Assembly: GCA_032718475.1 (NCBI GenBank)
Contig: JAUCBJ010000293.1
Coordinates: 15,429 to 79,428, forward strand
From: Nemertoderma westbladi
Lineage: Eukaryota; Animalia; Xenacoelomorpha
Direction of reading: 5' to 3'
Length of the DNA: 64,000 bases
Shown here: positions 35,040 through 48,079 of the stretch, one piece after another
Layout of the letters: each line of letters begins with the position of its first letter
Position numbering within the stretch: the first letter of the stretch is position 1
Notes under the pieces: generated by a model
Seen by the model: only the letters and a program-made list of their open reading frames with translations
Told to the model about the DNA's origin: nothing
The model's database searches: none
Program-made: the position numbers and the translations under genes

Positions 35040-36603
35040 CCCTATTAGTACCGGGCTATAAAATGCTGTATAAATACTGTGGGGGGGGGGGTCATATTCC
35101 TTCCCTTCCCTTCCCTTCCTTCCCTCTAAAATCTACAAATATTAACGAAAACGTCTGATTTTTTGTTTGTACGTAGGTATCACTAGTCTGGATCCGACCG
35201 AAAAAAAAAATTTCGAAAAAATGTACTGGTGTGGTAATATTGCAGCACCAAAATTACAAGTAGTACACAATTTTCACAAAATTTGAAAGTTACATTTTTC
35301 GGCTAATTGTTTTTCAATACAGGTTTTCTGGGGCGCAAAACAAATTGGAAAATATTTAAAAATGATATGATTACCATAAATGGCTGTTTAGTCCTCTATG
35401 CGTAGGAAAAAAATTAAAAAAACAAGTAACCAGCACATTTCAGTTAGAACAAAAAATTTTTAATTCACTTATCCGATGCTATAAATTTACATTTTCAGGT
35501 TTTCTAGTGCGCTGATTCTAATGGAATACATTTCAAATATGCCAGATCATTGCTACTTGTATTTTTCGGCGTAATTTGGCAAATTTTGGTGCTAGCACCA
35601 AATTTCGTACCCATCACTAAAAAGTACAAGTTTGCGATGTCCAGTGCTGTTTTTATTGATTTCATCGGATTCAGGACCCTCATAAACCAGTATAACGCAA
35701 GAAATAAGATGATACTATCTACTGATCAATTTACTCATTTTCCAAAATTTGGTGCTGGCACAACAATTTTCACCCACCGGCGAAAAATACAAGTAAGAAA
35801 ACTCTTATGAAATTTTTACTGCTTCCATTGAATTCAGAACCCTAACAAACCCGTATAACGCAAGAAACAAGATAACACAATCAATTGATATATTTGATGC
35901 TAGCACCACATTTTCACCCACTTCTGAAAGATACAAGTTTGAGATGTCTAGTTCGATAATTATATATTCCATTGAATTCGGAACAGCCACAAACCTCTAA
36001 AATGCAAGAAATAAATTGTCACAAGCAATTTTATCTATTGAATGGATTTTAAAAATTTCGTGCTAGCACCAAAATTTGCAAACAGCCACCGAAAAGTACA
36101 AGTTTGATACGCTTGGTGCAACACGTATATATTTCATCGAAACCAGAACCCCAAAAAACCCCAATTGCGTAAAAAACAAGTTTCAAACAATCAATTTACA
36201 AAATTGACATATTTCAAAATTTGGTGCTGGCACCAAAATTTGGCACCCGCCGAAAAAAACAAGTTTGAAATTTCTAAATCAATTTACATGAATTCCATCC
36301 AATTGCTAACACCAAAAAACCGGTGTAAATAAAAAATTGAGATGTTACAATTAATATTTTAATGAAATGTAATTTTCAAAAAACGTCTCAAAAAAAGTGC
36401 CAAAAGTAGGGTTAAAAAATGGTGCTATAACTCAAAAGCTACTTAATATTTTTGAAAACGGTTTTCACTACTAGGAAGACAATAGATTTTTAGGAAAAGT
36501 CATAAAATTTCAGATTCCCAACTGCGTTTGTTTCAGAATTATAATAAAAAAACCACGGGGGGGGGTCATATTGACCCCCCCCCCCCCCCCGGGTTTAATA
36601 GGG
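35040..36603. mobile_element. piggyBac-like non-autonomous element
   Basis: TTAA|CCCTATTA...TAATAGGG|TTAA; internal ~160-bp repeats centred on the palindrome GGTGCTAGCACC. Confidence 0.85.
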
Positions 36604-37269
36604 TTAACACAATATAAATAAAAATCTCAGCAGGTTTTGTTACAGAATAATATACTGATTGTACTACTAATACCACTTTGGTACACACAATAGAAATACA
36701 GTAGTTAGGGACAACCCCCCCCCCCCCCCCCCCCCCCCGTAGAATGGAAAATGCGATTAATTCAGCTTCAACTTCAGTTAGCTCAATTTCAAATTAGAGA
36801 TCAGATTAACATCTTATCAAAGAAAGCCTCCAATTTTACTGCTATGGGTTGGTAGGGTAGTGGGTCTCCATATCCCACTAACCCAGCACTTCAATTAATT
36901 GAAAGATATCACAAGATGGAAATTAGTTTGTCAGAATACCAATGGTTGTCTTTCCAGTGGAACTTACGATATTACACGGAGATTAATAATCGTATCACTC
37001 GCTTGCAGCTGTAATAGGAAGGCTTCATTCTTGTGCTACCTTGTATATACTATTGGTATGTTTCAAGTTTTCAATTATGTTACAAATACTTATTTTATTC
37101 AACATTTCGATTTCACTAATCAGCAGCTGAAATTACCTAAAACACCAATAAATATTTTTCGTCTAGGAAAGAAGATTAAGAACTTGAGTTGATTTTTATT
37201 AAAAAGTAATAAATATTAATCATTCTTATTGGCTCTATCACACTACAGGCGCCACTTCTTATATGGAAA

Positions 37270-37600
37270 ACATATAAGTTCGTGGGGCGTCGCGCAGCAC
37301 GCGAACTTGAGTAAGTTCGATACAAGTTCGATTTGATCTGGAGTCAAACGTTCAAGAGGCATTTGCCCGTAACTTTCATAACTATTGTAACTTTTCTCTA
37401 GTATGCCCATACAAAATTTGGATGAAAATTGTTAAAATCTTCAAAAGTTATTTACGAATGAATTTTTCATTACAGACAGACATACGGACGTACAGACAGA
37501 CAGTCAGACGGACGGACATGAAATTTTGCCCTGTTTACAAATTATAATTGTGCGCTTAAGTGTCGCCCTGACTTCGTGGCTCGCCCCACAGCGTTAATTT
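37270..37600. mobile_element. Helentron/DINE-like short element
   Basis: Subterminal inverted repeat GTGGGGCG (~37282) / CGCCCCAC (~37582); (GACA/GACG)n microsatellite at 37472-37517. Confidence 0.4.
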
Positions 37601-38179
37601 ATTTCCCTGACTTGGGTAACGATGACTTGGATTTTGGGTGTTTTGTAGGTACAGACTGGGATATTGGTTTGTTTTTTAGGTTAGGGTTTGTTGGTCAGCC
37701 ACAAACCATAATTAACTGCGAGGCCCACGAGAACCGTGAAAAAGTGGCGCCTCTAGTGCGATATTATTATCTATCCCAAGACGGGACCTAAGTGATAAAC
37801 ACCGAATTTGCGCTTCATTTTGACTTAGTGTCTATTTCGCACAGGTAAGTAGTTAGGCATATATAGCATAGGCCTATTATTAATAAAATTAAGTTGTTAA
37901 TGAAATAAAGCGAATATAGTGCTATAAATTATTTTATTTGTAAATTTTCAACTCAAATGGGGTCTCCATCTTGCAAGTCCCTCTTCGAAAGCATCTTCCG
38001 CATCTTTCGATTCGGATAATTGAATATAGCATTATTAACACCCAAGACGGGTCGCAGATTTGTAAGTTTTGCACTGCATTTGGTTGATTTCATTATCAAC
38101 TTAATAATTATTAATAATTAACAACTATAAGGACAATAGGACAATCCAATCAGCAAAGGGTCGGGTCCTAAAATTTATC

Positions 38180-40590
38180 TCCAGAGGGTCTAGGATAAAG
38201 TTTTCCAAATTCTCCAAGACTGCATTCAGCTAACCCTTTGCAAGAATGATATTAAATCTTGGACCAGGCTATTACTATTAATGCCCTTCTTATGCCTTAA
38301 AAGGCCAGACCTTGGTGGGTGGCAGCGTCGCCTATCACTTGCAACATTAATCAACCGTCAGAGCGCTGCATTCATAGATAGCAGTTATTCATTCAGTAAT
38401 GTTGATACAATCAAAACTGACCAATAAGAGCAGTCCAAATAATGTGCCTGAAAAGGAGACTGTGTACCTCTTAGGATCCGCAATATCTTAGAAGTTAGAT
38501 GATGGTGATGTCAAAGGTGCACTACTAATCGCGACATCTGCAGACACCATAGCCAGCTTCGATACCACTACTTTTAACGAACTACAGTCAAAACATCCGC
38601 CATCCCCTCCAGACAGACGACCCTTTCCAAACCAAAATTGCGAACCAATTAGAGTTACAGCTAAGGTAGTAAAGGCAGCAATAGATGGCTTCAACCCTGG
38701 AACAGCTGCTGGTATATCTGGCCTAAGGCCACAACACCTCCAGGATGCCACCCCCAAACGTTCTGGCTTGTCAGGCACAATCTCTAACAGCCCTTACTAA
38801 CATAATATTATCTGGTGATATACCTCAATCAGTGATCCCAGTACTTGCAGGGGCCTCCATGACAGCTTTCATCAAGAGGGATGGTGGTCTTCGCCCAATC
38901 AATCGCTGTGGGGAAACTTTCCAATGCCTGGCAGCAGAGTCTGCGTCATCTATAATGGCAAAGCAATTTGGGGAAGAATTTACTCCTATCCAACTCGGTT
39001 TTGGTGTTGCAGGAGGTTGTGAGGCAGCAGTACAAGCACTCCATAACTTCATCCAGTGCGCAGGTGCTGATGATGTCATCCTCAAGTTGGACTTCTCGAA
39101 TGCAATCAATACAATAAGAAGGGACTATGTAGCAGAGTGCTTGGCAGAGAAGGCCCCTTTTCAAGATGTGCTATGAATCTACATCATTTCTCCCTTTTGG
39201 CACTGAGATACTACATTCCGAGGAAGGGTTTCAGCAGGGTGACCCCCTAGCTGTTTTATATTTTGCACTAGGGCTCCACCCAACCCTTGACAACTTTCAG
39301 ACTGTGCTTAAAGCAGCTTCTTTTGATGATGTTACATCAGGAGGCGAGTGGAGAACAGTCCTATCCAATCTTCAGAATTTCAGGGCTGCCTGTTCAGATA
39401 TGGGGCTATCCCTAAATGAGACAAAGTGTGAACTCATTATTCCCAATGACTGCAACAATGATTCCATCCTGTCTGCCTTCCAGAGTGCGTGCCCCCTCAT
39501 TAAGGAAACCAAGCTAGATGACCTTGTCCTACTTGGATCACCTATAGGCTCGCAGGCCCTGGTTGATACCCTGTCAGAGAAGTTGGAAAGTATACATGTG
39601 TTTGATTCCCATCTAAAGCTAATCAACCACCATGATGCTTTTTTTCTCCTCAAGAAATGCCTAGGGATGCCCTAACTGACCTAAATTCCTTCGTTCATCC
39701 CCAGCATTCACTGAACCAGCCCTCACCAGATAGCTGGACGATGGCATCAGAGACATCCTAGAAGTGATCACCAATGTGAAAATGTCACCCACAATCTGGG
39801 ATCAGGCAACACTTCCATGTCGATATGTTGGAATTGGAGTACCCGTTGACGCATCTGCCCTCCATGTTCTGACATGCAAACACACCAAGAGTCGTCTTGC
39901 ACGCCATCGTCTTGGTAATGATGCGATTCTCCACCCCCTTAACTCAGCTGAAAATCCTTGTAGCGGAACACCATGGACAGGGACTTATACTGATATACCC
40001 AAGCGAGAATCTCTATGACTGTATGGCTCGCCCCAAAAGGCAGTACGAGTACCGTACCATGTAGTAGGCCTACTTAGACTTACTCCTATTACACCTGTGC
40101 ACTGTAATAAATACTGAAATACTGAAATACGACCTCTGAATTGCTGAATTATAATGATATAATTGTTGTATGTATTTTGCTATTAACAAAGTGGGACGCA
40201 AGGGATACGGATCCGTAGCGCACCTACATCCTGCATCACTCGAGCCTGTGGGTCTCTGTATCGACGATGGGAAACGCCCCGATGGTACAACACTACTTCT
40301 TTGGTTAAGGAGCCTCCCACTTGTGTGGGACTTGTTTCACACCGCCTGGCCCCTTCTTATGCCCGGGCAGCCTCCAAAGATGGTTCTTATGTTGCCGAAC
40401 TTGCAGAGGAGAGCTAACTGTCGAAATATCTAAGCTCTGCAAAGATAATATCGTACAGCCAGTGGCAGTGGAAACCCTCAGAGGTCTTGGTCCAAGCACA
40501 CTCGGCTTCCTTAGAGATCTTGGAACAAGAATGGAGAGGGTTAGTGGCAACCCACGGTCTATCGAACACCTCCGCCAACGGATTGGCATT
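38180..40590 (+). pseudogene. Degenerate CRE-clade non-LTR retrotransposon (RT plus REL endonuclease)
   Basis: DGDVKGA, LQSKHP, AAGISGLRPQHL, KRDGGLRPI, QLGFGVAGGCEAAV, KLDFSNA, GFQQGDPL, GLSLNETKCE, LGSPIG, CKH..RLARH..ND, DGKRPDG, PVAVET; many frameshifts and an internal deletion. Confidence 0.85.
39959..40228. mobile_element. Solo LTR (270 bp) inserted in the CRE endonuclease region
   Basis: TGTAG...CTACA termini; 4-bp TSD TCCT; excision restores the in-frame LNSAENP-ASLEPVGL. Confidence 0.85.
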
Positions 40591-40700
40591 TATTTTGTGT
40601 CTCAATATGAATTATTTAACAACTCACATATTTGAATATGTTGTATTTTATTGAGGATAGGCCTTTTTCTGTTAATTTATTTTTGAATGCAGTGCAACAA

Positions 40701-43360
40701 TCTAATATATATAAATATCGATTGTCTGTCTGTCTGTCTGTCTGTCTGTGTGTTTGTCATCGGCTATACAATCGAACCCATCTCGATGAAATCTCGCTTG
40801 CTATATCTCGTTAGAAAGGTCTCGCCCTAACTCGTTGCAACGTAATACTCAGAGCCGTCTGAAGTTCGCCCGTCTGCCGCTAGAGGGCGATTTTCGTGAT
40901 TTTCGGGCGAAATTTATCGAATTATTTCGGTTCTTCTATCGGTAATTAATGATTTAGAGGGCTAACATTTATCCCACCTGGTTTAAAATTAACATGGGTA
41001 GATTCGCCGTGTCCCATTCTCACAAAGTTTTTATTTTATTCGAGTGTTTAATATAAATATGTATGATTATTTATTGATTAAAAATCAAATAGTGTATAAA
41101 TATGTCATATTCGCCAAGCAGGATCGAATTGGCCTATAGTTATTGAATAGGGAAGGATTGTTTTCTGTATCATAGCAACGTTAAGGTAATTATTGAACTC
41201 GCAGCTAGCTGGCTGGGCACAGATAAGGAGCAAGCAGGCTGGAGTGTTGATTGGGGTGGGTTTGGGTTGTCTGTTGCGAATTGCTCAGAGTAATTCTGCT
41301 TTCTCAATCATTGGCTGCATGGAAGGAGAGGTTTATAACATTTTTGTTTTACTGTTATGAATATTAAAAGTAAAATAATTATTTCTGTAGGCCTATACTT
41401 ACTGTATTATTATTTTATCTAATATTATACATCTAATCTCGATGAAATCTCGCTTACTATAGCTCGTTAGATAGGTCTCGCCCTAACTCGTTGCAACGTA
41501 ATACTCAGAGCCGTCTGAAGTTCCACCGTCTGCCGCTAGAGGGCGAATTATCCGATAGTGAAAACCTGATCTTATAGGGTTGTTTTTAATGCTTTTGAGC
41601 TGAAACGTGGTAGCTATATACTGCAGCATAGGCTGTATATTTCCGGAGTCACTGGGTTGTCTACAGTTCCCCAGTCTACCGTTAGAGGGCTAAATGTCTG
41701 AGAGTTAACATCTTCTCCAACTTTATTATTTACAATCCGTTTTGACTGAAACTTGGCAGGCATCTACTACAGCATAGGCTGAATCTTTACTGAGTCGCAG
41801 AGTCGTCTACAATTTCCCAGTCTACCGCTAGAGGGCGAAATGTCTGCAAGTTAACATCTTCTCCAACTTTGTTATTTATAATCCATTTAGACTGAACTTG
41901 GTAGGCATCTACTACAGCATAGGCTATATCTTTACTGAGTCGCGCAGAGTTGTCTACAGTACCCGCGTCTGCCGCTAGAGGGCGAAATGTATGAAAGTTA
42001 ACATCTTCTCCAACTTGTTATTTACAAACCTTTTAGACTGAAACTTGGTAGGCATCTACTATAGCTATATCTTTGCGGAGTAGTAGAGTCGTCTGCATTT
42101 CCACAGTCAGCCGCAAGAGGGCGAATTGTCTGATAGTGAAAACCTCATCCCATTTGGTTCTTTTTAATCCTTTTGAGCCGAAACTTGGCAGGTATCTACT
42201 ACATCCTAGGCTCTATCTTTACGGAGTTGCAGAGTCCTATACACTTCCCCAGTCTACCGCTAGAGGGTGAAATGTCTGAAAGTTACCATCTTCTCCAACT
42301 TTGTTATTTATAATCCATTTAGACTGAACTTGGTAGGCATCTACTACAGCATAGGCTATATCTTTACTGAGTCGCGCAGAGTTGTCTACATTACCCGCGT
42401 CTGCCGCTAGAGGGCGAAATGTATGAAAGTTAACATCTCCTCCAACTTTGTTATTTACAATCCTTTTAGACTGAAACTTGGTAGACATCTACTATAGCAT
42501 AGGCTATATCTTTGTGGAGTAGTAGAGTCGTCTACAGTTCCACAGTCAGCCGCTAGAGGGGGAATTGTCTGATAGTGAAAACCTCATCCCATTTGGTTCT
42601 TTTTAATCATTTTGAGCTGACACTTGGCAGGTATCTACTACATCATAGGCTGTATCTTTACGGAGTTGCAGAGTCCTATACACTTCCCCAGTCTACCGCT
42701 AGAGGGTGAAATGTCTGAAAGTTAACATCTTCTCCAACTTTGTTATTTACTAACGGTTTAGACTGAAACTTGGTAGGCATCTACTACAACATAGGCTGTA
42801 CCTTTACGGATTCGCAGAGTTGTATACAGTCCCCCCATTTGACGCTAGAGGGCGAAATATCTGATAGTGAACACCTCATCCCATTTGGTTCTTTTTAATC
42901 CTATTGAGCTGGAACTTGGCAGGAATCTACTACAGCATATTCTGTATCTTTACGGAGTCCTAGAGTCGTCTACAGTTCTTCAGTCTACCGCTAGAGGGTG
43001 AAATGTTTGAATATGAACATCTACACCAATTTTGTTATTTACAATCTGTTTAAGCTGAAACTTGAAAGGCAGGCATTTTACTTCACCATAAACCCCATCT
43101 TTACCAAACTGCAGCGCCGTCTGCATTTCACCAGTCCGCAGGTAGAGGGTGGATCTGAAAGTGATCATTTTCTGGAAATTTTGTTAATTACAATCTGCCT
43201 AAAGTTGAAACTTGACAGTTATCTCTTATGGGGGTGGTGTTTTATTTATTGATGGTGTCTGTTCCATATGCAGTTCTCCAATCTCCCACACATATTCATA
43301 CAGTATATCATCTGCACGTGCACTAGAAAGCTGTGGCCCGAAGGGCCACAGGCTTTCTAG
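40701..43360 (+). mobile_element. Helitron unit A1
   Basis: TC start, hairpin-CTAG end, ~12 internal 146-147-bp repeats. Confidence 0.88.
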
Positions 43361-45592
43361 TCTAATATATATAAATATCGATTGTCTGTCAGTCAGTCTG
43401 TCTGTCTGTGTGTTTGTCATCGGCTATACAATCGAACCCATCTCGATGAAATCTCGCTTGCTATAGCTCGTTAGAAAGGTCTCGCTCTAACTCGTTGCAA
43501 CGTAATACTCAGAGTCGTCTGAAGTTCGCCCGTCTGCCGCTAGAGGGCGATTTTCGTGATTTTCGGGCGAAATTTATCGAATTATTTCGGTTCTTCTATC
43601 GGTAATTAATTATTTAGAGGGCTAACATTTATCCCACCTGGTATAAAATTAACATGGGTAGATTCGCCGTGTCCCATTCTCACAAAGTTTTTATTTTATT
43701 CGAGTGTTTAATATAAATATGTATGATTATTTATTGATTAAAAACCAAATAGTGTATAAATATGTCATATTCGCCAAGCACGATCGAATTGGCCTATTCT
43801 TAGTGCTGTAGTGAATAGGGAAGGATTTTTTTCTGTATCATAGCAACGTTAAGGTAATTATTGAAATCGCAGCTAGCTGGGCACAGATAAGGAGCAAGCC
43901 AGGCTGTAGTGTTGATCGGGGTGGGTTTGGGTTGTCTGTTGCGAACTGCTCAAGTGTAATTCTGCTTTCTCAATCATTGGCTGCATGGAAGGAGAGGTTT
44001 ATAACATTTTTGTTTTACTGTTATTATGAATATTAAAAGTAAAATAATTATTTCTGTAGGCCTATACTTACTGTATTATTATTTTATCTAATATTATACA
44101 TCTAATCTCGATGAAATCTCGCTTACTATAGCTCGTTAGATAGGTCTTGCCCTAACTCGTTGCAACGTAATACTCAGAGCCGTCTGAAGTTTCCCCATCT
44201 GCCGCTAGAGGGCGAATTGTCCGATAGTGAAAACGTGATCTCATTGGGTTGTTTTTAATGCTTTTGAGCTGAAACTTGGTAGCTATATACTGCAGCATAG
44301 GCTGTATATTTCCGGAGTCACTGAGTTGTCCACAGTTCCCCAGTCTACCGTTAGAGGGCTAAATGTCTGAGAGTTAACATCTTCTCCAACTTTGTTATTT
44401 ACAATCCGTTTACACTGAAACTTGGTAGGCATCTACTAAAGCATAGGCTGTATCTTTACTGAGTCGCAGAGTCGTCTACAATTCCCCAGTCTACCGCTAG
44501 AGGGCGAAATGTCTGAAAGTTAACATCTTCTCCAACTTTGTTATTTATAATCCATTTAGACTGAACTTGGTAGGCATCTACTACAGCATAGGCTATATCT
44601 TTACTGAGTCGCGCAGAGTTGTCTACATTACCCGCGTCTGCCGCTAGAGGGTGAAATGTATGAAAGTTAACATCTCCTCCAACTTTGTTATTTACAATCC
44701 TTTTAGACTGAAACTTGGTAGGCATCTACTATAGCATAGGCTATATCTTTGCGGAGTAGTAGAGTCGTCTACAGTTCCACAGTCAGCCGCTAGAGGGCGA
44801 ATTGTCTGATAGTGAAAACCTCATCCCATTTGGTTCTTTTTAATCATTTTGAGCTGAAACTTGGTTGGTATCTACTACATCATAGGCTGTATCTTTACGG
44901 GGTTGCAGAATCCTATTCACTTCCCCAGTCTACCGCTAGAGGGTGAAATGTCTGAAAGTTAACATCTTCTACAACTTTGTTATTTACTAACGGTTTAGAC
45001 TGAAACTTGGTAGGCATCTACTACAGCATAGGCTGTACCTTTACGGAGTCACAGCGTTGTATACAGTCTCCCCATCTGCCGCTAGAGGGCGACATATCTG
45101 ATAGTGAACACCTCATCCCATTTGGTTCTTTTTAATTCTATTGAGCTGGAACTTGGCAGGAATCTACTACAGCATATTCTGTATCTTTACGGAGTCCCAG
45201 AGTCGTCTACAGTTCTTCAGTCTACCGCTAGAGGGTGAAATGTCTGAATGTGAACATCTACACCAATTTTGTTATTTACAATCTGTTTAAGCTGAAACTT
45301 GAAAGGCAGGCATTTTACTTCACCATAAACCCCATCTTTACCAAACTGCAGCGCCGTCTGCATTTCACCAGTCCGCAGGTAGAGGGTGGATCTGAAAGTG
45401 ATCATTTTCTGGAAATTTTGTTATTTACAATCTGCCTAAAGTTGAAACTTGACAGTTATATCTTATGGGGGTGGTGTTTTATTTAATGATGGTGTCTATT
45501 CCGTATGCAGTTCTCAAATCTCCCACACATATTCATATATCATCTGCACGTGCACTAGAAAGCTGTGGCCCGAAGGGCCACAGGCTTTCTAG
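43361..45592 (+). mobile_element. Helitron unit A2
   Basis: Seamless CTAG|TC junction; ~9 internal repeats. Confidence 0.88.
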
Positions 45593-48079
45593 TCTAATAT
45601 ATATAAATATGCATTGTCTGTCTGTCTGTCTGTTTGTCATCAGCTATACAATCGAACCCATCTCGATGAAATCTCGCTTACTATAGCTCGTTAGAAAGGT
45701 CTCGCCCTAACTCGTTGCAACGTAATACTCAGACCCGTCTGAAGTTCCCCGTCTGCCGCTAGAGGGCGATTTTCGTGATTTTCGGGCGAAATTTATCGAA
45801 TTATTTCGGTTCTTCTATCGGTAATTAATGATTTAGAGGGCTAACATTTATCCCACCTGGTATAAAATTAACATGGGTAGATTCGCCGTGTCCCATTCTC
45901 ACAAAGTTTTTATTTTATTCGAGTGTTTAATATAAATATGTATGATTATTTATTGATTAAAAATCAAATAGTGTATAAATATGTCATATTCGCCAAGCAC
46001 GATCGAATTGGCCTATTGGTATTGAATAGGGAAGGATTGTTTTCTGTATCATAGCAACGTTAAGTTAATTATTGAACTCGCAGCTAGCTGGCTGGGCACA
46101 GATAAGGAGCAAGCAGGCTGGAGTGTTGATTGGGGTGGGTTGTCTGTTGGGAACTGTCCAAGAGTAATTCTGCTTTCTCAATCAATGGCTGCATGGAAGG
46201 AAAGGTTTTTAACATTTTTGTTTTACTTTATAAATAATTTATTTATTTACTTTATAATATGTGCTATTTAATTATATTACTAATATGTCTTGTATCATTT
46301 GTGTTAGTGTATATATATATATATTTTACTATGGGCCGTATAGCCTGAAATAAACAATAATAAAATATTAAAAGTAAAATAATTATTTCTGTAGGCCTAT
46401 ACTTACTGTATTATTATTTTATCTAATATTATACATCTAATCTCGATGAAATATCGCTTACTATAGCTCGTTAGATAGGTCTCGCCCTAACTCGTTGCAA
46501 CGTAATACTCAGAGCCGTCTGAAGTTCCCCCGTCTGCCGCTAGAGGGCGAATTGTCCGATAGTGAAAACCTGATCTCATTGGGTTGTTTTTAATTCTTTT
46601 GAGCTGAAACTTGGTAGCTATATACTGCAGCATAGGCTGTATATTTCCGGAGTCACTGAGTTGTCTACAGTTCCCCAGTCTACCGTTAGAGGGCTAAATG
46701 TCTGAGAGTTAACATCTTCTCCAACTGTGTTATTTACAATCCGTTTAGACTGAAACTTGGTAGGCATCTACTACAGCATAGGCTGTATCTTTACTGAGTA
46801 GCAGAGTCGTCTACAATTCCCCGGTCTACCGCTAGAGGGCGAAATGTCTGAAAGTTAACATCTTCTCCAACTTTGTTATTTTTAATGCTTTTGCGCTGAA
46901 ACTTGGTAGTTATATACTGCAGCGCATAGGCTGTATATTTCCGGAGTCACTGATTTGTCTACAGTTCCCCAGTCTACCGTTAGAGGGCTAAATGTCTGAA
47001 AGTTAACATCTTCTCCAACTTTGTTATTTATAATCCATTTAGACTGAACTTGGTAGGCATCTACTACAGCATAGGCTAAATCTTTACTGAGTCGCGCAGA
47101 GTTGTCTACATTACCCGCGTCTGCCGCTAGAGGGCGAAATGTATGAAAGTTAACATCTCCTCCAACTTTGTTATTTACAATCCTTTTAGACTGAAACTTG
47201 GTAGGCATCTACTATAGCATAGGCTATATCTTTGCGGAGTAGAAGAGTCGTCTACATTTCCACAATCAGCCGCTAGAGGGCGAATTGTCTGATAGTGGAA
47301 ACCTCATCCCATTTGGTTCTTTTTAATCATTTTGAGCTGAAACTTGGCAGGTATCTACTACATCATAGGCTGTATCTTTACGGAGTTGCAGAGTCCTATA
47401 CACTTCCCCAGTCTACCGCTAGAGGGTGAAATGTCTGAAAGTTAACATCTTCTCCAACTTTGTTATTTACTAACGGTTTAGACTGAAACTTGGTAGGCAT
47501 CTACTACAACATAGGCTGTACCTTTATGGAGTCGCAGAGTTGTATACAGTCCCCCCATCTGACGCTAGAGGGCGAAATATCTGATAGTGAACACCTCATC
47601 CCATTTGGTTCTTTTTAATCCTATTGAGCTGGAACTTGGCAGGAATCTACTACAGCATATTCTGTATCTTTACGGAGTCCTAGAGTCGTCTACAGTTCTT
47701 CAGTCTACCGCTAGAGGGTGAAATGTTTGAATGTGAACATCTGCACCAATTTTGTTATTTACAATCTGTTTAAGCTAGCTGAAACTTGAAAGGCAGGCAT
47801 TTTACTTCACCATAAACCCCATCTTTACCAAACTGCAGCGCCGTCTGCATTTCACCAGTCCGCAGGTAGAGGGTGGATCTGAAAGTGATCATTTTCTGGA
47901 AATTTTGTTATTTACAATCTGCCTAAAGTTGAAACTTGACAGTTATCTCTTATGGGGGTGGTATTTTATTTAATGATGGTGTCTGTTCCGTATGCAGTTC
48001 TTAAATCTCCCACACATATTCATATATCATCTGCACGTGCACTAGAAAGCTGTGGCCCGAAGGGCCACAGGCTTTCTAG
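45593..48079 (+). mobile_element. Helitron unit A3
   Basis: Seamless junction; private AT-rich insertion at ~46228-46365; ~10 repeats. Confidence 0.88.
46228..46365 (+). mobile_element. Probable LINE 3'-end fragment inserted only in unit A3
   Basis: AT-rich segment absent from A1, A2 and A4; ends with the hairpin-like GGGCCGTATAGCCT, then AATAAA and AATAATAA. Confidence 0.45.
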
